A stretch of 33,624 nt of DNA from Candidatus Nealsonbacteria bacterium CG11_big_fil_rev_8_21_14_0_20_37_68 (GTDB lineage Bacteria; Patescibacteriota; Minisyncoccia; Minisyncoccales; GCA-002782225), in the NCBI GenBank assembly GCA_002787295.1, contig PCWJ01000024.1, forward strand, positions 29,931 through 63,554, read 5' to 3'. This document shows, piece after piece, positions 1 to 8,365 of this stretch; position 1 is the stretch's first letter, and each line of letters begins with the position of its first letter. The notes beneath the pieces are model-generated. The model searched no databases. It was not told where the DNA came from and saw only the letters and a list, made by a program, of their open reading frames with translations. The translations under genes were made by a program, and so were the position numbers.

Positions 1-2054
1 TTCTTTGAGCATTTGATTTGTTTCCTTTTTGTTTCTACCAGTAAAGAACCGCATTTTGGACAGGTTTCATTAATGGGTTTATCCCATAAAGCAAAATCGC
101 ATTTTGGCCAATTGGAACAGCCATAAAATATTTTTCTCTTTTTAGTTCTTTTCTCCGTGATTTCTCCGCTTTTGCAGTTTGGACACTTAATGCCCAAAGT
201 ATTTTTTTCAAGGGACTCGGTGTATTTACACTTCGGGAATTTAGAACAGGCATAAAATTCTCCAAATTTCCCCAATCTGATTACCAAAGAAGCTTTGCAT
301 TTTGGACAGATTTTTTTAGTTGGTTTTTCGGTAAATTCTTTTTTAGAAACTTCCTCATATTTATGCTTCAGGTTTTCTTCGAAGGGGATATAAAATTCTT
401 GAATTATTGGCGTCCATTTTTTTGAACCTTTGGCAATTTCGTCAAGCGATTCCTCCATCTCGGCCGTAAATTTAATATCAACAATTTTTGGAAAGTGTTC
501 CACCAAAAGATCGTTAACTACGGTTCCAATTTCGGTTGGTTTAAATTTTCTATTTTCGTCTTTTTCAATATAATTTCTTTCCTGAACAGTAGATAATATC
601 GGAGCATAAGTTGAAGGTCTCCCAATTCCATTTTCCTCCAGAGCTTTAATTAGAGTGGCTTCTGAATAGCGAGGAGGGGGTTGAGTAAAATGTTGAGAAG
701 GGATTAATTTTAACAGCTCTAAAATTTCATCGTTTTCAAGCGGAGGCAGCTCGTTTTCTTCAAACTTGATTTGGTAAACCTTTAAAAAGCCATCAAATTT
801 CAAAATCTGTCCCGTTGCACGAAAGCCGTACCCCGCACCAGAACCTTCGGTTCGGTACGGGGCAGGATTTTTTGCCTCGATGTCAACAGTTGTTGAATCA
901 AAAATTGCCTGACCCATCTGGCACGCAATAAATCTTCGCCAAATTAAATCATAAAGTCGAAAACCTTGCTCATCTAATTTGGCTTTTAGTGTTTCTGGAG
1001 TTCCATCGGCAAAAGTCGGTCTTATTGCCTCATGGGCTTCTTGGACTCTACCTTTTGCCTTATATTTTCTCAAAAAGCCTGCCCAATAATTTTTGCCATA
1101 TTTTTCGGTAATAAATTTTTTAGCCGCAAATAAAGATAAATCAGAAAGATTTAGAGAATCTGTTCGGTGATACGTCGTTAGTCCTTTTTCATAAAGTTGT
1201 TGGGCAACCCCCATTGTAAATTTGGCTGGAAAATGAAATCTTTGCCAAGCTTCTTGTTGTAAAGTAGAAGTTGTAAAAGGCGGCAGGGGATTCCTTTTTA
1301 CCTCTTTTTTTTCAACGCTTTGAACTTTATATTCTGCTCCCTCCAGATCTTTTACAATTTCATCTGCCTCTTTTTTAGTTTTGATTCCCAGTTTCGGAAT
1401 AATTTTATCATCCTTTTTGACTAATATAGACTCAAACCAACGAGAAACGTTCTCGTTGGTTTTTTTGAGCTGGGCGATAATAGTCCAGTACTCTTGCGGT
1501 ATGAAATTTTGTATTTCTCGTTCGCGCTCAACAACTAACCTTACTGTCACCGATTGAACTCTTCCAGCAGAAAGACCCCTGGCTATTTTTTTCCATAAAA
1601 ATGGAGATAATTTATAGCCGACAATTCTATCCAAAATCCTTCTTGTTTGTTGAGCATCGACCAGATTCATATCAATTTTCCTTGGATTTTTAAGGGCTTG
1701 GTCAATTGCTGATTTGGTAATTTCATGAAAAACAATTCGCTGGTAAGGTTTTTCTCCGTCTAAATTCAAAATCTGAGCCAAATGCCAAGCAATGGCTTCG
1801 CCTTCCCGATCGGGATCAGTAGCCAAAATAGTGAGTTCGGCTTTTTGACTTTCCTTGGCTAAACTTTGAACAATCTTTTTAGCTTTTTCTGGGATAATAT
1901 ATTTTGGTTTAAAATTCTCTTCAATATCAATTCCAAGTTCATCTTCCGGTAAATCTCTAATGTGACCATAAGAAGAGAGAACCCGATATTTGGGACCCAG
2001 AAAATCCTGGAGAGTTCTTGATTTGGTTGGTGACTCAACGAGTATTAATTGCAT
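1..2054 (-). CDS. topA: DNA topoisomerase I (3' end truncated by window edge)
   Basis: Manual translation from ATG at 2054: MQLILVESPTKSRTLQDFLGPKYRVLSSYGHIRDLP (Toprim), ATDPDREGEAIAWHL, SAGRVQS, and C-terminal zinc ribbons (CPKCGSLLV). The start, two internal checkpoints and the window edge are in the same frame. Absent from the ORF track, presumably because no stop falls in the window. Confidence 0.96.
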   Translation of the reverse strand, partial: MQLILVESPTKSRTLQDFLGPKYRVLSSYGHIRDLPEDELGIDIEENFKPKYIIPEKAKKIVQSLAKESQKAELTILATDPDREGEAIAWHLAQILNLDGEKPYQRIVFHEITKSAIDQALKNPRKIDMNLVDAQQTRRILDRIVGYKLSPFLWKKIARGLSAGRVQSVTVRLVVEREREIQNFIPQEYWTIIAQLKKTNENVSRWFESILVKKDDKIIPKLGIKTKKEADEIVKDLEGAEYKVQSVEKKEVKRNPLPPFTTSTLQQEAWQRFHFPAKFTMGVAQQLYEKGLTTYHRTDSLNLSDLSLFAAKKFITEKYGKNYWAGFLRKYKAKGRVQEAHEAIRPTFADGTPETLKAKLDEQGFRLYDLIWRRFIACQMGQAIFDSTTVDIEAKNPAPYRTEGSGAGYGFRATGQILKFDGFLKVYQIKFEENELPPLENDEILELLKLIPSQHFTQPPPRYSEATLIKALEENGIGRPSTYAPILSTVQERNYIEKDENRKFKPTEIGTVVNDLLVEHFPKIVDIKFTAEMEESLDEIAKGSKKWTPIIQEFYIPFEENLKHKYEEVSKKEFTEKPTKKICPKCKASLVIRLGKFGEFYACSKFPKCKYTESLEKNTLGIKCPNCKSGEITEKRTKKRKIFYGCSNWPKCDFALWDKPINETCPKCGSLLVETKRKQIKCSK
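831..862. repeat. In-frame palindrome in topA (bulged-A family)
   Basis: CCCCGCACC-A-GAACC-TTC-GGTTC-GGTACGGGG; encodes PAPYRTEGSGAG between DIEAKN and YGFRATG. Confidence 0.85.
1434..1462. repeat. In-frame palindrome in topA (GAGAA-N3-TTCTC family)
   Basis: AAACCAACGAGAA-ACG-TTCTCGTTGGTTT, perfect 13-bp arms; encodes TNENVSRW. Confidence 0.85.
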
Positions 2055-2910
2055 AGATATTGTTTCCTAAGTTTCTTATCTTACCTTTTATTTCCAAAAT
2101 AACAAGGCAGCTTACAACTTTTTGTGGGGGTAACTTAGTTTTTTCAATAATTTTGTCGATGTATAATCCCTCCTCTTTTAATGAGTTCAAAATTAAATTT
2201 TCTTCGAGAGTCTCTCCGGTTACTTGCCTGTCGGAACTAGGTTCCGACAGGCCTAAATTTAGTTCTTTTAGAATATCATTAGCGTTTTCAGCCAACCATG
2301 CTCCTTGCTTTATTAAATAATGACAACCCTTAGAGTTTGAAGAATGGATTGGGCCGGGAACAGCAAAAACTTTCCTTCCTTGTTTTTTTGCCCACTCCGC
2401 GGTGATTAAAGCTCCTGACTTTTGCTTGGCTTCTATCACTAAAACCCCCAAAGAAAGACCGGAAATTATTCTATTTCTTTGGGGGAAAGTAAATTTGGAT
2501 CCGCAAGTTCCGGGTGGGTATTCAGAAATTAAACAGCCGCCAGATTCAATAATTTTTTCTGCTAATTTTAAATTGGTTTGAGGGTATATGCTTTTTTCGT
2601 CCAGGCCGGTTCCCAAGACGGCAATTGTTCTTCCTCCGCTTTCCAGGGCAGCCTGATGGGAAAATGTATCAATTCCCGGAGCAAGACCGGAGACAATTGT
2701 TAATCCAGCTTCAGCTAAATCACCGGCAATTTCCAGAGCCACCTGCTTTCCGTAGCTGGAGCACAATCTGGTTCCAACCACGGCAAAACAATTTTCCTCG
2801 GGCAAAATTTTTCCTTTAGCGTAAAGAATTTTTGGCGAGTTTTTTATTTTCTTTAAAATTTTTGGATAAGCTCCGTCTTTTATTGAAATTTCTTTGATTT
2901 CATTTAGCAT
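2035..2910 (-). CDS. dprA: DNA-protecting protein DprA/Smf
   Basis: AVVGTR, IVSGLAPGID, FPQRNRIISGLS, EAKQKSGALITA motifs and C-terminal winged helix. ATG at 2910 preferred over TTG at 2916. Overlaps the topA start, giving the usual dprA-topA order. Confidence 0.96.
   Translation of the reverse strand: MLNEIKEISIKDGAYPKILKKIKNSPKILYAKGKILPEENCFAVVGTRLCSSYGKQVALEIAGDLAEAGLTIVSGLAPGIDTFSHQAALESGGRTIAVLGTGLDEKSIYPQTNLKLAEKIIESGGCLISEYPPGTCGSKFTFPQRNRIISGLSLGVLVIEAKQKSGALITAEWAKKQGRKVFAVPGPIHSSNSKGCHYLIKQGAWLAENANDILKELNLGLSEPSSDRQVTGETLEENLILNSLKEEGLYIDKIIEKTKLPPQKVVSCLVILEIKGKIRNLGNNIYAINTR
2226..2252. repeat. In-frame perfect palindrome in dprA linker
   Basis: GCCTGTCGGAAC-TAG-GTTCCGACAGGC; encodes LSEPSSDRQ. 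Confidence 0.85.
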
Positions 2911-2979
2911 TTCCAAATCTTAAAACAATTTTTAAAATTCAACAAGTTTCGTATCGAAAATTGCGCCAAAAGTCCAACT

Positions 2980-3007
2980 TTCACTATGGGGCAAAATGAT
3001 TTAAAAT
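2980..3007 (+). promoter_or_regulatory. Putative sigma70 promoter of ligA
   Basis: TTCACT-16-TAAAAT, 6 nt before ATG. Confidence 0.4.
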
Positions 3008-3013
3008 ATATTA

Positions 3014-5050
3014 ATGGCTGTGACCAAACAAGAAGTTAAACAGAGAATTGAGAAACTCAAAAAGGTGATTAACCATCATCGGTATTTATATCACGTATTG
3101 AATAAGTCCGAAATTTCTGATGCCGCCTTAGATTCTTTAAAACACGAACTTTATAAATTAGAACAAAAATTTCCAGAGTTTATTACTTCCGATTCTCCAA
3201 CTCAAAGAGTGGCTGGCAAACCCCTGGAAGGATTTGAAAAAGTAAAACATAAAGTTCCGATGCTTTCCATTGAGGATGTTTTCTCTGCTGAGGAACTTAA
3301 AGATTGGGAAGATTATTTAAAAAGATTAATTCCATCTACTGCCTTTGATTATTTTGCCGAACTAAAGATTGATGGATTTGCCATCACTTTAATTTATAAG
3401 AATGGCTTATTTACTACCGGAGCCACCAGGGGAAATGGTCTGGTGGGGGAGGATGTTACCCAAAATTTAAAAACAATCGAGAGCATCCCCCTGAAATTAG
3501 AGGTTCATGGTAAATTGCCAAATACAGAGATTGAGGAAAATCTTAAAAAATTAATCAAAAGAGGAAAAATTGAAATCAGGGGAGAGGTTTTTATGGGAAA
3601 AAAAGACTTTGGAAAGCTGAATGAAGAATTAAAAAAAAGAGGAGAAAAAATCTATGCTAACCCCAGGAATTTAGCCGCGGGTTCCATCCGACAATTAGAC
3701 CCAAAATTAGCTGCTTCTCGGCCCCTTAGATTTTTGGCTTACGATATAGTGACTGATTTTGGTCAAACCCAACACTCTCAAGAACATCAAATTTTGCCGG
3801 TCCTAGGTTTTATTACCGATCTGGGAAAAGAATGTAAAAATTTAAATGAGGTCGTAGATTATCGGAAAGAAATAGCCAAAAAAAGAGAAACTCTTCCTTT
3901 TCAAATTGATGGGGTGGTGGTGAACGTGGACAACAATTCGCTTTTTAAAAAATTGGGAGTGGTAGGGAAAAGCCCTCGGGGAATCAGGGCTTTTAAATTT
4001 TCTCCAAAACAAGCCACTACTAAAGTTTTGGATATAAAACTGCAGATAGGAAGAACGGGAGCTATAACACCGGTTGCTCACTTGGAGCCGGTTGAGGTTG
4101 GGGGGGTAACCATTACTCGAGCCACTTTGCACAATGAAGATGAAATAAAAAGATCGGGAGTAAAAATTGGAGATACGGTTATTGTTGAAAGGGCGGGCGA
4201 TGTGATTCCAGCCGTTGCTAAAGTTTTAAAAGAGCTCAGGACAGGAAAAGAAAAAGAATTTCATTTTCCCGAAAAATGTCCGGTTTGCGGCCGGAACTTA
4301 GTTAAACCATCTGGAGAAGCAGTTTGGCGATGCAAAAATCGAAACTGCGGAGCCATAAAAAGAGAATTTTTATACCATTTTGCTTCAAAAAAAGCTTTTG
4401 ATATCGAAGGATTGGGACCAAAGATTATTGATCAATTAATAGACGAGAATTTAATTTTTAGTACCCCTGATTTGTTTGAACTAAAAGAAGGAGACTTAAT
4501 TCCCTTGAAAAGGTTTGCCGAAAAATCAGCCAAAAATTTAATTGAATCTATTGAAATTGCAAAAAAAATCTCCTTGGCAAGGTTTATCTATGGCTTAGGG
4601 ATTCGTCACGTTGGCGAAGAGATAGCGATTGCAATATCTAATTATTTTGGTTCCCTTGATAAATTAAAAGAAGCTAACTTACAAGATCTTGAGAAAATTC
4701 CAGATATCGGCGAGGTGGTAGCTAAAAGCATATATTTTTGGTTTAGAGATAAGAAAAACTTAAAATTAATCAAAGATTTATTAAAAGCTGGAGTGAAAAT
4801 TATTTTTCCCCAAAAAATAAAAACTCAATTAAAAAGAAAAACTTTTGTTTTTACCGGAGCCTTAAAAACTATGGCTAGAGATGAGGCTGAAAACGAAGTG
4901 AGAGCATTTGGGGGGGCAGTTTCTTCTTCGGTTTCCAAAGAAACAGATTATGTAGTGGTGGGCGAATCCCCCGGTTCAAAAACAGAGAAAGCCAAAAAAT
5001 TAGGAGTAAAAATTATTTCAGAAAAAGAATTTTTAAAAATGATAAAATAA
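3014..5050 (+). CDS. ligA: NAD-dependent DNA ligase
   Basis: ELKIDG adenylation motif, TRGNG, NPRNLAAGS, OB fold, CPVCG zinc finger, HhH repeats, BRCT. Confidence 0.98.
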   Translation: MAVTKQEVKQRIEKLKKVINHHRYLYHVLNKSEISDAALDSLKHELYKLEQKFPEFITSDSPTQRVAGKPLEGFEKVKHKVPMLSIEDVFSAEELKDWEDYLKRLIPSTAFDYFAELKIDGFAITLIYKNGLFTTGATRGNGLVGEDVTQNLKTIESIPLKLEVHGKLPNTEIEENLKKLIKRGKIEIRGEVFMGKKDFGKLNEELKKRGEKIYANPRNLAAGSIRQLDPKLAASRPLRFLAYDIVTDFGQTQHSQEHQILPVLGFITDLGKECKNLNEVVDYRKEIAKKRETLPFQIDGVVVNVDNNSLFKKLGVVGKSPRGIRAFKFSPKQATTKVLDIKLQIGRTGAITPVAHLEPVEVGGVTITRATLHNEDEIKRSGVKIGDTVIVERAGDVIPAVAKVLKELRTGKEKEFHFPEKCPVCGRNLVKPSGEAVWRCKNRNCGAIKREFLYHFASKKAFDIEGLGPKIIDQLIDENLIFSTPDLFELKEGDLIPLKRFAEKSAKNLIESIEIAKKISLARFIYGLGIRHVGEEIAIAISNYFGSLDKLKEANLQDLEKIPDIGEVVAKSIYFWFRDKKNLKLIKDLLKAGVKIIFPQKIKTQLKRKTFVFTGALKTMARDEAENEVRAFGGAVSSSVSKETDYVVVGESPGSKTEKAKKLGVKIISEKEFLKMIK

Positions 5051-5053
5051 AAC

Positions 5054-5076
5054 CGACGGAGAACAGTTCTCCGCCG
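5054..5076. repeat. Intergenic hairpin between convergent ligA and mfd (possible terminator; GAGAA-N3-TTCTC family)
   Basis: CGACGGAGAA-CAG-TTCTCCGCCG. Confidence 0.6.
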
Positions 5077-5098
5077 AATTAAAAGAGTTATATTTTTT

Positions 5099-7171
5099 TT
5101 AACTCCTTTTTAATTTCTCAATTGCTTCTGATAATATCTGACAGTATAAATTTAAGCCGACTTGATTTATATTTCCTGATTGCTCTTTGCCTAAAATGTT
5201 TCCGGCGCCGCGGATTTCTAAATCCTTTAAAGCAATTTTATAGCCAGAACCCAGTTCTTCAGCTTCTTTCAAAGCATCTAATCTCATTTCGGCTTTTTCT
5301 GAAAGGTGACTGCCGTTCACCTCCACACCATAACGAGGACTAACTTCGTTAATTTTATCGCCTTCGGCGATTTGTCCTCGTTTGGTGTGGGGGTAAAGAA
5401 AGTAAGCAAAGCTCTGAATGTGAGAACGGCCAATCCTGCCTCTGATTTGATAAGCTTCAGCTAAGCCTAATCTGGTTGAGTCAGCCACGATTAAAGTATT
5501 GACATTTGGCAAATCTAAACCATTTTCAATAATAGTAGTCGCTACTAAAACATCAATTTTTCTATTTTGAAAGTCTGCCATTACTTTTACCAATTCTTTT
5601 TCTTTCAGTCTTCCATGAGCAATCCCCAATTTTACCTCTGGTCTAAAACCCGACGTTAGTCCTTCTAAAAACTTTTTGGCTGTTTCGATTGTCTCTACTC
5701 GATTGTATAAAAAATAAACCTGTCCTCCTCGAGAAATTTCAGCCCAAATTGCTTTTTTAATAACGGTTTCCGACCAGGGCAAAATAAAGGTTTTGATGGC
5801 TAATCTCCCCAGTGGGGGAGTTTGAATTAGACTTATTTCTTTCAGAGAAGATAAGGCTAAATAAAGAGTTCTGGGAATGGGAGTGGCGGATAGAGACAAG
5901 ACATCCAAAGAGGTTCTTAATTTTTTTAATTTTTCTTTTTGGTTTACTCCAAATCTCTGTTCGTCATCAATTACCAAAAGTCCTAAGTTTTTAAATTCAA
6001 CGTCAGAAGATAAAAGCCGATGGGTTCCAATTACCATGTCTATTTGCCCCCGCTTTAAATTTTGAATTATCTTTTTTTGACCCGTTTTTGGCTGCAGACG
6101 ACACAATAACTCAATTCTTATGGGGAATTGCTTTAATCTTTTTTTAAAGTTGTGATAGTGTTGATTGGCTAAAATTGTTGTTGGGCAGATCATTGCTGTC
6201 TGATAACCTGAATTTACTTTTTTAACCATGGTTCTTAGGGCAATTTCAGTCTTTCCAAATCCAACATCGCCGCAAACAATCCTATCCATAGGCTCTAACT
6301 TTTTAAGATCTTGTTCAATTTCTTTCATTGTCTGGACCTGATCCGGAGTTTCTTCAAAGAGAAAAGTGCCGGCGAGTTTGGCATCTATTTCTGAATCGGG
6401 AAAGCAGGGAGGCCTTTGGGCAATTTCTCTTTTGGCGTAAATTTCTAAAAGCTCTTTTGCTAATTTTTCAGCCTCCTCTTTTATTTTTCTTTTAGTTTTT
6501 TGCCAGAAAGGACTGCTTAATCTTGAAATTTTAGGTTCGACAAACCCAATGTAACGTGATAGTTTTCTCTCTAAGCCAAATGGAACATATAATCTATCTC
6601 CTTGGGCATACGCGATCTGGTAGTAAGATAATGTCCGATCGGACATTTTTTGATTAAGGGGTTTTTCTTTTGTAAGGCCAATAAACTTTCCCACGCCGTG
6701 GTCTAGATGGACCAAATAATCTCCGGGTTTTAATCCTTTTAAGTCAGAAAATATTTTTTGAGATTTTAATCTCTTTTTTAAAATTTCTTTAACTGTCTTT
6801 TCGTCTTTGATTTCAATGGGCAATCTTTCAATATTTTCGATTAGGTTTCCGTAAAAATCAAAACGAATTGGATAATTTAAATTAATTGGGAAAACCTCAA
6901 TTATTCCTCCCCGGCGAGAAAATTCTCCGGGCTCTGAAACCCGAATTACTTTTTCATAACCCATTTCATCCAGTTTTCTTAAAAATTGAGAAAAATTACA
7001 GCTTTGATTTTTTTCTAAAAATATGGTGTTATCCTCCCAGAAAGTTTGGGTTTTTTGGGTTTGAAGAATTTTATTTAAATTTTTTTCAAACCAAAAATTA
7101 CTTTTTTCTAAAAAGTAGGGGGTAATACTGACAATCAGAAGTTTTGTGATGATCTGATCTGACATCTCCAT
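5099..7171 (-). CDS. mfd: Transcription-repair coupling factor, shortened form
   Basis: UvrB-homology segment (GEFSRRGGIIEVFP), CarD-like RID (GDYLVHLDHGVG), GDVGFGKTE, DDEQRFG, SATPIPRT, QIRGRIGR, DLEIRGAGNILG. Only 690 aa. Confidence 0.93.
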   Translation of the reverse strand: MEMSDQIITKLLIVSITPYFLEKSNFWFEKNLNKILQTQKTQTFWEDNTIFLEKNQSCNFSQFLRKLDEMGYEKVIRVSEPGEFSRRGGIIEVFPINLNYPIRFDFYGNLIENIERLPIEIKDEKTVKEILKKRLKSQKIFSDLKGLKPGDYLVHLDHGVGKFIGLTKEKPLNQKMSDRTLSYYQIAYAQGDRLYVPFGLERKLSRYIGFVEPKISRLSSPFWQKTKRKIKEEAEKLAKELLEIYAKREIAQRPPCFPDSEIDAKLAGTFLFEETPDQVQTMKEIEQDLKKLEPMDRIVCGDVGFGKTEIALRTMVKKVNSGYQTAMICPTTILANQHYHNFKKRLKQFPIRIELLCRLQPKTGQKKIIQNLKRGQIDMVIGTHRLLSSDVEFKNLGLLVIDDEQRFGVNQKEKLKKLRTSLDVLSLSATPIPRTLYLALSSLKEISLIQTPPLGRLAIKTFILPWSETVIKKAIWAEISRGGQVYFLYNRVETIETAKKFLEGLTSGFRPEVKLGIAHGRLKEKELVKVMADFQNRKIDVLVATTIIENGLDLPNVNTLIVADSTRLGLAEAYQIRGRIGRSHIQSFAYFLYPHTKRGQIAEGDKINEVSPRYGVEVNGSHLSEKAEMRLDALKEAEELGSGYKIALKDLEIRGAGNILGKEQSGNINQVGLNLYCQILSEAIEKLKRS
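5323..5390. repeat. In-frame composite palindrome in mfd
   Basis: CCACACCA-T-AACGAGGAC...GTCCTCGTT-TGGTGTGG with inner ATCGCC-TTC-GGCGAT; encodes PHTKRGQIAEGDKINEVSPRYGV; a related copy lies at 17401-17474. Confidence 0.9.
6630..6647. repeat. In-frame perfect palindrome in mfd RID loop
   Basis: AATGTCCGATCGGACATT; encodes MSDRT. Confidence 0.7.
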
Positions 7172-7180
7172 TCAAGTAAG

Positions 7181-7753
7181 TTATATGTTGTATTTACTCA
7201 TTGTTTTTTCTAAATTGTGTTTCAAAAAAAACTCAATTGCTTTTATCGTTTTTTTAATAACCTCTTTAATGGTTTCTTCTTCTTCTTTTGTAAATTTTTG
7301 AAGAACAAATCTTTCAACGTTTTTAGGTTTACCAGTTTTTGGCTGAATACCAATTCTGAATCTGATAAAGTTTTTTGTTCCTAATTCTTTAATTATTGAC
7401 TCCACGCCTTTGTGGCCGGCTCCACCCCGGCCAATTGCTATTCTAATTTTTCCCAAAGGTAAATCAATGTCATCGTGGACAACCCATAAATTGAAAATTG
7501 AAAATTGAAAATTGAAAATTAATTTCTTTACCGCTTTTCCAGAAAAATTCATAAAAGTTTGAGGTTTGGCTAAGATAATTTCTTTATTATCTATTTTTCC
7601 TTTTGAGATTTCAGCTAATAATCTCTTTTCTTTTTTCCAATTTGTAAAGTTGTCAATTGTCAATTGTAAATTGTCAATTGTTATAAAGCCAACATTATGA
7701 CGAGTATTTTTATATTTTCCGCCGGGATTGCCAAGACCAATTACCAAAATCAT
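7181..7753 (-). CDS. pth: Peptidyl-tRNA hydrolase
   Basis: GLGNPG, TRHNVGF, KPQTFMNFSG, HDDIDLP, GHKG. Confidence 0.97.
   Translation of the reverse strand: MILVIGLGNPGGKYKNTRHNVGFITIDNLQLTIDNFTNWKKEKRLLAEISKGKIDNKEIILAKPQTFMNFSGKAVKKLIFNFQFSIFNLWVVHDDIDLPLGKIRIAIGRGGAGHKGVESIIKELGTKNFIRFRIGIQPKTGKPKNVERFVLQKFTKEEEETIKEVIKKTIKAIEFFLKHNLEKTMSKYNI
7488..7520. repeat. Heptamer tandem repeat (AAATTGA)x4.7 inside pth
   Basis: Read directly; encodes IFNFQFSIFNL. Confidence 0.9.
7650..7681. repeat. Heptamer tandem repeat (TTGTCAA)x4.5 inside pth
   Basis: TTGTCAA TTGTCAA TTGTAAA TTGTCAA TTGT; encodes TIDNLQLTIDN. Confidence 0.9.
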
Positions 7754-7783
7754 AGATTTTTTAGTTTATTATATCATTTTCTC

Positions 7784-7811
7784 TTGCCAAACCGAAAGAT
7801 TTTGATATAAT
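7784..7811 (+). promoter_or_regulatory. Putative sigma70 promoter of lepB operon (divergent from pth)
   Basis: TTGCCA-16-TATAAT with extended TG; a TGATATAAT on the minus strand (7768-7776) faces pth. Confidence 0.6.
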
Positions 7812-7820
7812 GATTAAAGT

Positions 7821-8363
7821 ATGAAAAACTTTCTTTCTTTCATCTGGGAAATTACAAAAATAGTTATCATTGCTCTGCTGATCGTAGTTCCCATTCGCTA
7901 TTTTATTTTTCAGCCCTTTTTGGTGAGGGGTCAATCAATGGAGCCAGATTTTCAAGACGGCAATTATTTAATTATCGATGAAATTTCCTACAGGTTTAAC
8001 GAACCCCAAAGAGGAGAGGTGGTTGTTTTTAAATTTCCAAATTTGCCTTCCCAGCGTTTTATAAAAAGAATAATTGGATTGCCGGGAGAGGTGATAAAGA
8101 TAGAGGATGGAAAAATTATAGTTTCCAAGGAAGGGGAAAGCCAGGTTTTAGATGAATCTAAATATCTTCCTTTAACTGAGACCCTGGGAGACTTTCAAAT
8201 TTCTTTAGCTGAAGGTCAGTATTTTGTGTTGGGGGACAATCGACCCTCTTCTTATGATTCCAGGCGGTGGGGCGTCCTTCCTAAAGAAAATATAATCGGC
8301 AAGGTTTTTATAAAACTCTGGCCACTTACTGCCTTGGCTAAAGTTGAAGTCCCCGAATACTAA
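7821..8363 (+). CDS. lepB: Signal peptidase I
   Basis: N-terminal TM, GQSMEP (Ser), FIKRIIGLPGE (Lys), GDNR..SYDSR.WG. Confidence 0.97.
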   Translation: MKNFLSFIWEITKIVIIALLIVVPIRYFIFQPFLVRGQSMEPDFQDGNYLIIDEISYRFNEPQRGEVVVFKFPNLPSQRFIKRIIGLPGEVIKIEDGKIIVSKEGESQVLDESKYLPLTETLGDFQISLAEGQYFVLGDNRPSSYDSRRWGVLPKENIIGKVFIKLWPLTALAKVEVPEY

Positions 8364-8365
8364 AT

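Noticed and set aside
35..265. 76-aa ORF in the track; possible topA pseudogene or frameshift
   Set aside because: It is an alternative-frame shadow. The topA frame checked at the start, middle and window edge is consistent, so the gene simply runs out of the window.
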